Source: Lingula anatina (lineage: Eukaryota; Animalia; Brachiopoda). Taken from it: 64,000 nt of DNA. Positions 24,018 through 36,850 of the stretch are shown piece after piece. The stretch is taken from assembly GCA_051362555.1 (NCBI GenBank), contig CM120647.1, positions 10,292,001-10,356,000 of the forward strand. The letters are read 5' to 3'. Position 1 is the first letter of the stretch, and every line of letters begins with the position of its first letter. Made by a program: the position numbers and the translations under genes. The notes below the pieces were generated by a model. The model did not search any database, had not been told where the DNA came from, and saw only the letters and a list, made by a program, of their open reading frames with translations.

Positions 24018-24268
24018 CCATCTCAGCAGACACATGAAGATTTAAACTATCAAATCACAGGCAACTTTGGATGATAATGATAAAAATTTAAAACTGTTCA
24101 ATTTCTGCACAATAACCTGAAAGAGAAACTGAGAGCTTTGTCCATCTCAGCAGACACATGCATGAAGATTTAAACTTTCAAATAACAGGCAACTTTGGAT
24201 GATAATGATAAAAATTTAAAACTGTTCAATTTCTGCACAATAACCTGAAAGAGAAACTGAGAGCTTTG
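24018..24268. repeat. Recent ~125-bp tandem duplication
   Basis: CCATCTCAGCAGACACATG...GAGAAACTGAGAGCTTTG occurs twice head-to-tail, near-identical. Confidence 0.9.
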
Positions 24269-24579
24269 GTCCCAACCAGAAGGATATAAAGATATACACT
24301 GACCAACTTTAATCAGATCTTAAAACTGTTTTTATTTTTTCTTTTGTAAACTCTCATACCTGCTTCTTCCATTCCTTGAAAGTAAATAAATCTGGGAACC
24401 AACATATTTCTTACTGCATTACCCTACATTTTTAATATTCCTAATAAGATATTATTTTGTAAGTGCAAAATCTTCAAAGTTTTCATTTTTTAATTATCAT
24501 TTTTTATTTTCATTGATCTTCATGCTATGCATGCACTACTTTACATGAAGCATCAACTGAGTTAACTTGGACCTTTTAG

Positions 24580-24819
24580 GGCATCATCGACCAGATAGTG
24601 TCAGTACAGGAAGGCTTAAATCAGACAAAATGGCACAGTGACAAGTTAATCACATCAGGACAAACAGATAATCTCTCCTATTCACCCCAAATGATTGGTC
24701 GCCAAATCCTCCATCACGGAGGCTCGGTCACGCAGGCTCTCCAAACTGTCAAGGGTGGAGTGATTTACTTTAATGAATCTATTGCTTTATATGCTTATCC
24801 TTCTGGTATATATCTTAAG
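24580..24819 (+). other. Candidate plus-strand exon of an unidentified transcript (coding status unknown)
   Basis: CCTTTTAG| acceptor, AAG|GTATGT donor, 240 nt, open in phase 0 (GIIDQIVSVQEGLNQ...YPSGIYLK). No recognisable homology. Confidence 0.3.
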
Positions 24820-25065
24820 GTATGTGATTATTAGCCACACCGAGTGCCTTTTGCAAAGTGGTTATTAGGCCACTGTAGGCCGAGTGGGGTGAGGCAGTGT
24901 ATATTTTTAAATGGTATTTTACTTTCATTTTCTTCTTTTTTTTTTTCATCATCTAAGCATCATTCTTCTTTCTTCTTTCAGGCTATCTTGTCGCTCTTTA
25001 TAGAACTTGTGATTATTTATTATTTTCAGCTCTAAGATATGTTTTTCTGTGTTTTTTGGCAATGT

Positions 25066-25068
<3 letters not shown>

Positions 25069-25117
<49 letters not shown>
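25069..25117. repeat. (CT)n microsatellite
   Basis: Direct read. Confidence 0.95.
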
Positions 25118-25120
<3 letters not shown>

Positions 25121-25462
25121 GTTTGTCTTGTGTATGTCTGTACTTTTTAACTGGAATTATATATGAATAAAACCACAATCAATTCCACTCAAAGTACCAA
25201 TGGACTTTCTAAGACATCCACTTACTTACTCAGGTCATAATAAACCCATACCCTTGATAGAATATCTCATACTCATACAGTATTTAACTGAACAGTGCAG
25301 GTGGCCTCAGGGCAAGCTGTCAGCCCCTCACTTTTGTATTACACATAATTGTTGTTAAACAGAAACACAGTGATGCTCAGCTATTTTTAGAAGAATTTTG
25401 ACCAGAATAAAAAAAGTGATCGAAAAGTACATGCCAATTTCAACAGCCCTGTATCCATGGAT

Positions 25463-25503
<41 letters not shown>
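25463..25503. repeat. Poly-G homopolymer (~41 nt)
   Basis: Direct read. Confidence 0.9.
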
Positions 25504-25504
<1 letters not shown>

Positions 25505-27259
25505 GTTTAAGCAAACTGCCTTTTTTACTGAGAAAAGGTCTGGGTAAAATTTGATTTTATGGCACATTGAGGTTTCATGGTAAATGATCCACTTTTGCAG
25601 AAAAGGAACCCCCTCTTTAAAATTGCTGGTTATGAGCCTGCTTTAAGGAGCTTCAGCTTTAAAAAAATAAGTACTAGTGTTTGTATTTGTTTCTGGCACT
25701 TGTTCTTAGTTTCTGCTCCCTCTTTCTCACTCCGCTTTGGTATTCACTATGATTGTACTAGTAATGTACACAGGAATAATAAAGCAGTTGGTTGCTATTT
25801 ATTGAAGAATCACATAAGAACAATTTTAAGCTGTTAGAGACATAACTTTGAAAGCTTACAGGATAATATAAAAACATTCTATAAATTTTATTGCGTGTTA
25901 ATCTTGTTTAAAAAAGCTATTGAAAATAAATATAGAGGGATGCACAAAGACCAAAAGAATTTATAGTTCAAATTTTACTTTGATGGTGATTGTATAATGG
26001 ATAAATCATGAGAAAAGAAAATTTAGATTTTCATTTAAAAATGAGATTTTGCATGATCATTAAAAGGATATGCTTGATATTTTACCCCCACTTTCAGTTG
26101 GCAATATGTGTGGTAATTCTGGCTGTCTTATTAAGTTTTGGAGAAACTAAGGTAGCATTTTAAATTTTTTTTAATTTTTTTGAAAATGGTATTTCTTGAT
26201 TCACACACTCAACTTCATAATTTTTGTGTCATTGATCTGAAAATTACAGAGTAGATATAGCATATTAATTTTTTTTTTTTTTGATTCTCCATTTAATCCT
26301 GTTAAATTTGAACTCTTTTCCATTAACTCTTCATAATTCATTCATAAATGTTGCTCAGTCATAAAATATCACAACTATCCATCATCATCACTCAATAGAT
26401 AAACTTAATTTTTTTCAACAAATGCATTTTTGATGTTCCAAACATGACATATCCCAAGCATACACTATTAACCAATCACAAACCTTTCTTTTGATACAAA
26501 AAAGTCTCCTTTGCTTTTTAAGTGGTTTTCTTTTACTTTAAATGACTGTGTTAATCCTAAGACATCAAATACAGATTAAAAACACACACATCTTTTTCTG
26601 TTCTTTTGTCACAAAGAAATATTCCCATAATATGGCTGTTACTTTACCCTCCCCCTGCTTTTAGGTGATCTCGCCTGGGTGCCACTCAAGCACACCTATT
26701 AGCTCATAGCCTTTCACTAAAGACTTGGACATACATTTTCTGTTTGTTTTTATTCCTACAGAAACTAGCAGGCTATTTGACTTAGAGATTTCTCTCCTCC
26801 TAGGGTGGCTATAGACATTGATGTGAAATCAATAGACGCAATAATAAGAGATAATTCGTGCAGTGTACAAGGTGTGGATAAGTGAGGTGATATATTTCTT
26901 AGAGTCCTTTTTATGGCATTCCTGCAGGCACAGTATCACTGGGGTGTGGATACAGCTAATAGTGTTGAGAAAGTCTTAATACTTTGAGTTGCTGGGATTA
27001 AAATGAGTATACGAGTAAAATACTTGTCAGACTTTCTATGAGGGTGTTACATGCCAGGACATGCACATGCCAGTGCACACACACACCCACACACACACAC
27101 ACACATGCGCACACAATTATGCATATATACAAATACAAATATGCACAACACACACAGCTTTTTCAGACTCTCTGATGATGAAGAATAAAATTACCAATAT
27201 ATAATGAATAATATTACCAATATATTTTGTCTGAGGTACATGTATGAAATAACAGAATA

Positions 27260-27775
27260 ACTGTGTGTGTGTGTGTGTGGCACATGGTTCTCTTAATTGA
27301 AAAACTTAAAACAAAAAGAAAGAAAGAAAGTACAGACATTGCTGTAGTGGTAATAGACTGAATACTTTGAGGGAATGAAGGTGTGTGTGGTGGTGTTGAA
27401 AATGTTACACATTTCTAGAATGTATTGCACTCAAATGATGAAAACTCAGGCTGTGTGTTAACTGTGTGTGTATGTGTGTGTGCATACGTGTGAGTGGGTG
27501 TGTTTGTTTGTGGAGCTGAGAATTTTCCAGGTAGATTGAAAAAAACATGGTGTTGAAAGTTTAGAAAAGGAAACATCCCTGCAATAACACCCTGGATACT
27601 TTGAAAGAGTGAAGAGGTTGAGAGAATGTTACATGTTTCCGCAAAGTATTATCCAAACATTTTTGATAATGTATACCATACACTGTGTGTGTGTGTGTGT
27701 GTGTGTGTGTGGTTCAGAAGCTACTTGGTTGAAAGATGTGGTATTTGAAGACTAATTTAGTGGCAGTAATACAAC
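27260..27775. repeat. Old diverged ~200-220-bp tandem repeat with (TG)n cores
   Basis: The motif order ACTGTGTGTG...TTGAAA...ATACTTTGA...TGAAG...AATGTTACA...GTATT recurs from ~27260, ~27461 and (partially) ~27682. Confidence 0.55.
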
Positions 27776-29059
27776 ATGAGGCTCTACTGGTCGGCTGACT
27801 ACTGTAAATACTGCAGGCAAGACTTAGCTATTTTGAGTCAACTCAAATATATCAGTGCACCAATAATAATAATTATAATAATAATAATGATGATAGTGAA
27901 GAAATGAATGAAATAAGAGGAAATTAAAAAGAAAATAAAAGAAAGATTGAAAGCTTCTCTTGTAGCCATTACTGCCAAATCAATGTCATAGATATTTTCA
28001 AAAAATCAGTACACCAATAATAATCCTAATAATAATCCTAATAATAATCCTAATAATAATAATAATAATTTTTTGAAAAAACGAAGATTAAACCATCTCT
28101 CCCCACAAGCATTTTTCCCAAAATTATTCAAAAGCAAATGTTCGTTAAAATAATATATCATCTCTTAAAGTGTTTTTGACAATCGCGGTGGTGGTGGTGG
28201 TAGTGGGGGGGGGGGGGAATATATACGCGTGTGTGTGCAATCTTGTTTGTTATGTTGTATTTACTTGTTTATTTACTCTAGTTAATTTCCAGAATTCTCA
28301 GGAGGTTGCTCCAACCTTTAGATACTAAAGATGAGAGCCCTGGCCGAATTCTGGCCTTGCTTGTACTTTGTAGTTCCATTCTTTCCAAGTCATGACATTT
28401 TGTCCATGGTCAGCAGAGGTGTGAGGAGGAATGTACAAAGGGGTGGTGGTTTATTTCAAGGGCAGTAAACTTTAAGAGGGGGCAGGGCATATTCCAGTAA
28501 TGAGATTTTTCTGACTTGAGGGAGATTTCCGACTTTTTTGGGAGCTAAAATATAATTTTTGACATCAATGCAGATGGCTCTAAGGACACCATGCAATATT
28601 TTGAGACTTATTCACCAAATGGAAGTCTCAGCCTTGATACTCATATATGTACCCTGAATATTGTGACATCTGGCAGGAAACCATTCAGAAACCTCCAATA
28701 TCTTATCAGCATGCTTCTGCCATTACCAAAAACTTATTGGTACGGTTTCTGGAAACTAGCTGAGGTAATTGCTACATATAATCATATGATAATAGTGGTG
28801 CCTTTTGAGTAATTTCTTTGTATACTCAGGGTGATTGGCATCAATGCTTAACTAGGAGTATGTCTAGCTGATCTTTGACATTGCAAGAGCATGCTGCGGG
28901 TTTCAACATATCTTTTTTTCCTATAAGACTTCTTTTAAAATAGCTCAGGTAAGGGAGACATAGGTACACCCTGGGTTTCAGAGTTTATTGAAAACTTGCT
29001 CCAATGATCAGCATGATACACATCTGTCATTTCCAGTACCTATGAAAGTCAGAGTGTGG

Positions 29060-29321
29060 GGCAGGTGTACCATACAGTGTATTAATTTAGTCTGGTCACA
29101 TGGTGAGTTAATGGCAGCCATTGGCGAGCCGTGAAGGGCAGGATAGAAAGAGAAAGGTACTCGTACCCTGCCCTTTGGTGAACTGTATGTGATAATCGGG
29201 TGTGAGGCAGATGTACCATACAGTGTATTTAGTTCGGTCACATGGTAGGTTATGACAGCAGTGAAGGGCAGTATGGGATGGGAAAGGTAGGCGTACCCTA
29301 GCTGCCCTTTGATAAACTGTA
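29060..29321. repeat. Diverged ~145-bp tandem duplication
   Basis: GGCAG-TGTACCATACAGTGTATT...GGTCACATGGT...GTGAAGGGCAG...GAAAGGTA--CGTACCCT...TGCCCTTTG-T-AACTGTA occurs twice. Confidence 0.8.
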
Positions 29322-32059
29322 AAAGTTCAGTAGGAGGAATTTGGGAAGGATCCCCTTACAGAATCATTAGAGATCTGACAGTAACAACCTTGATTAATGA
29401 TGCTGTACTTTTACTCGTGATTTTTTTCTCATTTGCTGTTATACTTTATACTGTATTAATGATGTTAAAGTTGAATGTATAAGTTGAAATGAGATAATGT
29501 CAAATTTATTAATTGTAATGTGTTAATTGTGAAATGTTATATAAAATATTTTTAGAGTTTCAAATAGAAATCACCAAGAAAGACACAAATGGAGAGAGAG
29601 AAATACTAAAACAGTGTGTGTCATTTTTCATATGTGTGGGAGGATTGCATCTTTGAGCATACAGTGAAATATGAACAAGTATGAGGGGGAGGGGATACTA
29701 ATGATAAGCTTGACAAAGAAAGATGAAAACATGAAGGTCACATATTAGTCATCTTGTTTGTTTTATTAACAGAGGTAAATTTATTTATGCCCAGACTGTA
29801 AATAAAAAACACAGGTAAGAGTATCCATTTACCAACATGTAGGAGTGAGCAGTGTTTGAGTAATTCACCATGTTTACTGGCACAATTTGCCTGTACATAA
29901 AAGTTTTAGAATAAAGTTTAAAACTTTGATACTTGATCGGTCTATTTTGGCTTTGTGTACATAAATATGAGTTAGAAAGGACAGATTGTTCTTAGTTTTA
30001 TTTCCTATAGGGAAAAAGGGAAAAAATGTGCAAAATGTAAATCCAAAATATGTGATGGGGGGGGGGGGGGGAACAAAAAACTAAATTGGGGACAACAAAT
30101 TTCTCCTTTTTCCCTTTTATTTAAAACCATTCAAAGATTTACTTTATGACGTGAACTTTTTCAAATGTTACTTTGATCTGGGGAATATAACATCACAGTT
30201 GTGTTGAAATTTGATGAAAAATTATCATATTTAAAGTTCAGTATTTATGCTGACTGTGCTTGACTAGTCAGCAGAAGCCTTTTTCAGTTTCATTGATAGA
30301 TGGGTAAACACCATGCAATGGTCAAGTTACCATATAAAAAGAACTTGACCATTTTGTCCAAACACTTGCAGGCACTGACTTTGTGTCGTTATAGTACCAC
30401 AGTGTTATGTGGACAAACAACGGGGAGTTTTTAATGAAAGTTTAATGGTCAAAATGCTCAAGTTGACTGGGACATGGGATGAAGCATGAAAGACCTTAAT
30501 CTAGAGATTTTACTATCGGGTATTTGTCCAACAATTATTTACCAGGCACGTGAATATTTATTCTTTAAAAAGCCATTTTCTGTTAATTTTCTATGATTGT
30601 AAGTAGATACCTTTTAGATTTATGCTGGGCTGTGTGTAAACTTTCTTTTATGACTTAGATTGTTGGCATGAAATTTTGTTTGTAATCCATCAGTTTTTCT
30701 TTGGTTTTAATATCATTTATTTATTTATTTATTTTTTTTAAGACAATTGAAAGTATATAGAATTGGTAATTGGACACTTCCAAAGTAGAATTTAGATGGA
30801 AATATTTTTCACCTGGGTACTCGATCTGTATTTCATTATTATAATTACTGCCCGCATTCCTGAAACAAATATCAAACTATACCCCACATTTTGGAAATAG
30901 CTGCAAAAGATAACATCTCACTTTCAAAGATATAGATTTCTCCTTGGAAGAACAGTGGTGGCCAAAGCAAAACTTTTATTAAAAGGATAAAAACTCTATA
31001 TTTTGGCAGAAAAAGTGCCATGTAACAGATTTTCCTGGGGTAAAGGACTATTTTCCCATACTTTCCAATGGCTAAATTAATGAATCCATCGCGACATTCA
31101 AAGTTAGCTGATTTTTTTTATTAATTATGGTTTTTATATAATATCTTAAGAGATTATTATAGAGAGCAGTCATCTTTGTAGGACCAAGTGTAACATGCAC
31201 AGTAACAATTTTGATTAGTAATTTATTATAATTAGAAAATTAAAAACATTCCAAAAGGAAAAAAAAAAAAAAGTTAAGCTAATTCAACTGGATTGGATTA
31301 CTTAGTGCAATTTAAAGATATCAAGCAGTACCTGGAAATAAATTCCATGTAAACTGCTCTTAGAAATAAATCCTGGGAAATTGGAAGTCAAGATCAGATA
31401 AACTGCATTACTGGAATTAAACTATTAGAAAATGAAACCACGGTATCCTGCCTAGTTATGCAATTGGCAATATTGAATTAGAGATTGTGTATGCTTTCTA
31501 AAGTAGACTGTGGCAGACCTGGACATACGGTAATTATTCAATAAAATCAAACAAAATTTAATATTTTTTAAAAAGTAATCTATATTTAGTAACCTCAGAG
31601 TTCATCATTTGAAAATTTGAGTTAAATGTGAGTTAAGGCTCGTGTCATAGAGTACATATGCTTTTCATGAGACAGTTAACATGGGGACATCTTGAAAAAA
31701 TTTAGATTTTGGAATTTTTCAGGTGTTTCAACTTTGTAGGTAATTACTGTATTTTCTTGTACTCCAAGGTTTACCCATACCTTAATTAGGAAACACTTTC
31801 ATTTTCTCTGGTTGATAGCTGTTGGCTGGCTCTGCCTATCAACATTGAGTCCTACAAGTTCTTATTTGGTTGTTGGTTTTTGTTTGTATTTATTTACATT
31901 ATGTGACTATATTCAGATTTTTTTTTGAAAATTTGAATTTTTTCTTGGTATTGGTCATCTTATAAGATACTTCTGGGACAATTATCATTTTTATGTCTTA
32001 ATTCAGCATTTTTAGTTTTGAAATACTCTTTTATTTTACAAATAAAGTATGTCTTATAG

Positions 32060-32062
<3 letters not shown>

Positions 32063-32128
<66 letters not shown>
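32063..32128. repeat. (TA)n microsatellite followed by poly-T
   Basis: Direct read. Confidence 0.95.
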
Positions 32129-34703
32129 CATTTTTTGGTTAGTATTTTTTGTTGATGCTAACAGGAAAACCAAATGAAAGAATATTGTATATTTGTGTTA
32201 AATAAAGACTTTTACTCTCTCTCTCTCTCTCATGGAAATAATTCCTAAATGAGATCCCAAACAAACCCAACAAAACCCATTTTGTTGCAAAGTTCACCAG
32301 AAAGCTGATGCCATAGTGGCTTAATCTCCACCATAACTGAAAATTTACTTTAAAGTATCTCTTTCTGTCCTGTGACATAACCTAGTTCTGGGTAAATAGT
32401 GGCCAGAGGATATACCTGTAATGACCATATGGTCTGCCACATAGGCATAGTGAACCAGACAGACTTACACTGGCGGATGCCACTGGGGGATCCCTTCTGA
32501 GGAGGGGGTTAATCATTTGCTTCTTTTCTTTTGAAATTTCGAATATGGGCCTGCATAACAAATGTTTCATTTAATCAAATTATGTAAAAGTCATGTAAGG
32601 GCATCCATCCCTTCAGTCCCATCTTCCATTTCTTTTCCTGCATGTTATTCAAGTTACATATGTATAAATATCTGAAATATGAAGTAATAAGATACAGATT
32701 TTAGATGGATGATCACACACACACACATCTTCAGCTGCTTGGGGCAACTTTGACGCATAATGCCGCCTTGAAAAAACATTGTAGAAATGATTTTCAGTCT
32801 GCTAGATCCTTGTATTAAAGAGAACAAGAAAAAGGGTATTGAGCTGAAGGGGGGGGGGGATGGCATGTAGATTTAATTTTTTAATAAGTCATTCACTGGT
32901 TGTTGGAAATATCCAGTGGTCAAAGATTAAAGGTGGACAGAAAGGGATTCATTTTCTTAAGCCTCAAATAAAAACCATAATTTTCCTTCAAGCAATTTTT
33001 CCAATAATTACTAGAATTTCAAAAGAAAAACAAGTAAATATGTACCCCCATCAAGCTTGTTGATCTTACAGCGTGCTATATAGGGAAGTGACTTACCACA
33101 AACAAAACTTTTGGAAGGTAAAGCACAGGTGTCTATTATGTAGTTATTTAAACAGCGCTGAGGCAACACCTTTAGTCCAGGGGTCACTGTGATCTTATGT
33201 TTGTTTGCCACGGGGTGTCTGAACTGCCCCATCCCATACTGACCGCTGGCTAACCCACTGACCCCCGGAGTCTATGGGGGCCTAGTTCATAAAAGAGTTT
33301 TAGATCTTAAGGTTGATATGAACTTAAAGTCCAATTTTTGAAATCAATTTTGATCCAAAATGAAGTCATAGTAGTCCATCAATTAAGGTAAGAAGGGATG
33401 TGATTTTTTTTTTTTTTTTAATAATAATTGGTGGATTTCTGACTTTTTCTGTACCCAAAAATACATTTGGTCTAGTTGACCCCCTGGAGAACATGCCATA
33501 TTTTCCAACTTTTTCATTGATCTGATCCTTGGTAAAGTGACTGTTGGTCTAAAACAATAACCATGGTCATGCATGTCTAATACTACTGTGTACCTGTAGA
33601 AGTTCCAAAGGTGAGAATCAAGTCATTTTTTGAACTTGTGGACCCTTTCACACCCTTAGTTGATCCACCTTGAGAAATAACATGGAAGATAGATAAAATT
33701 TTGATCCAGAGCAATGTTTCCTGACCAAAATGGCGTTTCTTTAGCACACCCTCCCAAATTGCCTATGGGCCTGATGTGCTTTCTTTTTCTAAAAAGCAAG
33801 TGCATCATTTCATGTCACTGACTCCCACTGGGTGAGTGTAAAGTTAAAGATTTTGTTAAGATTAATTGTTAATTTTTTAAAAGACCAGCTTTAAGTTCAA
33901 GTTCTATTGTAATAGCGGCACCCAAGGTGTAAAATGGACAACCATCTTCAGCTGGTATTGACATTGGTGTAAAAAATTCAGAAACGTATACCCAAGTAAC
34001 ACAAATGACAAATATTTTTGAAAACACTGAAATAAATATAATTTGTTGTTTTGTTTGCTTGAATTTTCAAATGGTGTGTCCTTTTTGGGGCAATCCTTTC
34101 TTACACCAAAACTCTTTAAGTATACAGCAACTGCTGTGTCTCCCACCCGTTATTCATGAAGTTTTTCATAAAGTTATGGTCCCTGGCTTTTCAAATGTTA
34201 AAACACATTTGTGTATGCTCAGTCTTTTGAAAAGCTCTTCTTGAAAAGGCAACTGCTGAAGGCTTTCATACCCCTCAAAGGTGAAAATGGCAATGAATAT
34301 ATGCCAATGAAAGTTTGTAGACATTTGAACTTTGAAGAACTTTATACAAGTTTGTTCAAATTGCAGTGATGTTGATGTCAACTTTGAAAATGTTAAAAGG
34401 ACACAAAAGAGGATTTTCGCGCCAAAATTGATTTATCCTGATTTATCCCGAGGTTAACACTACTTTTCCGCGATTTACCAACCTTTAATCTATCATTCCC
34501 GGCACTCGCCATCGCTCTGTAACATTTTTGGAAAATACAATAAAAAGAAAACCTCCGCTTAAGCGGAGGTTTACCAACAACCACATCCATTTTCATAATT
34601 GAGCTCTCTAGACTTCCGGATCTCGCGAGATTCTCGTATTGCGACCTAGTTAAAACCAGTTCAAGCTGCCGGGAAAGGACAACGTGAAACAGGAGGCTCA
34701 GTT

Positions 34704-36850
34704 ATGCTGGGAGTCCTTCGAAGAAAAGAAGAAAAGAAAAAAGAAACAGCCTTTACAAAAAACATGCGTAAAACAGTGTATCAGCAAATGTACGACAGGC
34801 AAACAATAAACACCGGCGAGGAAGAAGGCAGATGAAAACCTGCTTGGGTGGCCATGGATACGAAGAATGGCCTGGCCGCGAAGTATTTACTGGATTTGTG
34901 AGTACCATTTACAATAATCTTTGAGATAAGACACCAGTGAAAATATTTATTAAGCACAGAGATTTATGTTTATTTACGTGTGCTCGTTGTATATCTTAAC
35001 GATTGTCAGGCTCGTCTGTCAAAATATGCCATGAAATTGTAACTAATATGAGTGGTATCGATGACAGAAATTGCAAGTGTTGCTCATATGTCGACTCTGA
35101 CAGGGTTTGGGTTAGTTTATTGAGCAAAGAAAGTTTAAAGAAAAACGGACATGGTGGGAGATACTAGTCTCATTACATATACATTACAATGACCAGGGCG
35201 AATTTTTGACTTACCGAGGGCACATTTCTTGTGCCTCTAACATCTAGGCATACCACAGTAATTAAGACATATGACAAAGATGCTATTTCTTTAGGCATCT
35301 AAATCCCAAAATGAATGTGCAGAAGCTGTTATTGTATCTAAGTTTAACCCAATGTTAAATGGCATGTCAACTATAAGTGAAAATAAATAGTAGTATTTTG
35401 ATTTTATATTTTAAAGACAATTTGTCTCCTTTTTACATTAAAAATAAATAAATCAGAAAGGGGATATTGCATGTTTATGTTTGGTACATCTCTCTAATGT
35501 ATTAAATAGTCCAGAGTAATAATTTAGATCATACAATTTTAACTTCCAACCAGTATTTCGGAGATTAAACCAATATGAAGTGATCAAGAAACTTCAAAAT
35601 TAAGTTGTAGTTAATACTAGTGCAGTTGAAGATGACAGTCTAGATAATTTGAGGTGATCATATTGAGAAAAATGGCATTTATACTTATTTCAGTTGAGTT
35701 TTATACTTATTTCAGTTATGTTTTTACATAATTTTTCTCAAACTCGATTATCTTATTTTATGTACTGTTGCTTTTTTTTTTTTTTTTTTTGGTTGCAGTA
35801 TCAAGGTAACTTTTTCCTATGGTATGCCTGAACTGGAAGAAGTGCAGATGGAAGAGGAGGAAGATGCTGAAGAAGAGGGAATTAAAGGATCCTGATGATC
35901 CAACATGGGACTAAAACATGTCTTTAGAGTAAGCAGAATTTTAATAAGCTGATATTCACTCCTCATATATTAGGCATATAGGTGCATGTTTTCTCTTTTA
36001 TCAATTTTTTTTCCAAATTGGCGACACATAATGTAAACATAATGCAAGACTCTATTTCCTCCGTCAACTGAAACGAGCTAAGCTTTACCAAAGTATTGTG
36101 CACTCAATTCTAGAATATGCCTGCCCTGTGTGGCATCCAGGACTAACTATAGAGCAATGCAAACTCTAAGAGACTGACCAAACTTGTGCTTTGAAGATTA
36201 TTTTCCCTGACCTATACTATGATGAAACCCTGAACCTGGCATATGTGTACTTTAGATAAACGAAGAGATCTGTGCAAAACTTTCTTTTACAAAATAACTG
36301 AATCCTCTGACAAACTGAATCACATCTTTATTGATCAATCCAATCGTCTTTTAAGATCAAACAATAGTAACAAAGTGCCACAATTTAAGACCGACAGATT
36401 CTGATGCTCTTTTATTCCGTATGCACTTTTAAATTTCCAATAGTATTATGTTGTCTTTTATCCTAAGTACAATAATTTTAAAGTTCAATTAGCAGTCTTT
36501 TAACTCAGTTTTATTCAAGCAAATATTCACTTTATTTTCATTATAATTTTCTTAACACTATGTACAACTTCAACCCACTGGGTTGCAATCTTAATAAATT
36601 ATTATTATTATTATTTTGATTTGCTTTTTTAGACCTAAAGGTTATGAGCAACTGCCAGTATGATGTCCTGAAGAAGAGTTTTTTACATGGAAGAGGAACT
36701 CCATGGCTCTCCACCAAAAAAAGATGAACTTTTCTTGAGGGTCCAAAGCGGGGACGAGTTGGATAGTGAGAGACTTTTCCTGACTTTCGAGTGCTGCTTA
36801 CAGGATATATTCAGTGAACTCATCTTGCCAATGTGACAAAGCATAATCTG
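34704..36850 (+). pseudogene. Relic exons of a Kolobok-like transposase gene (34704-34897, 35799-35928, ~36633-36850)
   Basis: Exon 1 reads MLGVLRRKEEKKK...YDRQTINTGEEEGR*K...LAAKYLLD|GTGAGT, resembling the 'R-NIG----RW...A-FLLD' N-terminal motif with W->stop. An acidic exon contains DPDDPTW. Exon 3 has ERLFLTFECCLQDIF, resembling 'KFIVFESCL--LF'. Stops and frameshifts are present; motif assignment is from memory. Confidence 0.55.
36015..36615 (+). mobile_element. 5'-truncated non-LTR retrotransposon (CR1/L2-group LINE) 3' end, nested in the Kolobok element
   Basis: Translates LYFLRQLKRA...LYQSIVHSILEYACPVWHPGLT...*...CALKIIFPDLYYDETL, the region C-terminal to RT. Ends in AATAAA plus an (ATT)n tail. 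Confidence 0.88.

Noticed and set aside
27172-27236. C/D-box snoRNA-like ATGATGA...CTGA
   Set aside because: Low-complexity AT-rich interior, no convincing terminal stem and no recognisable rRNA guide.
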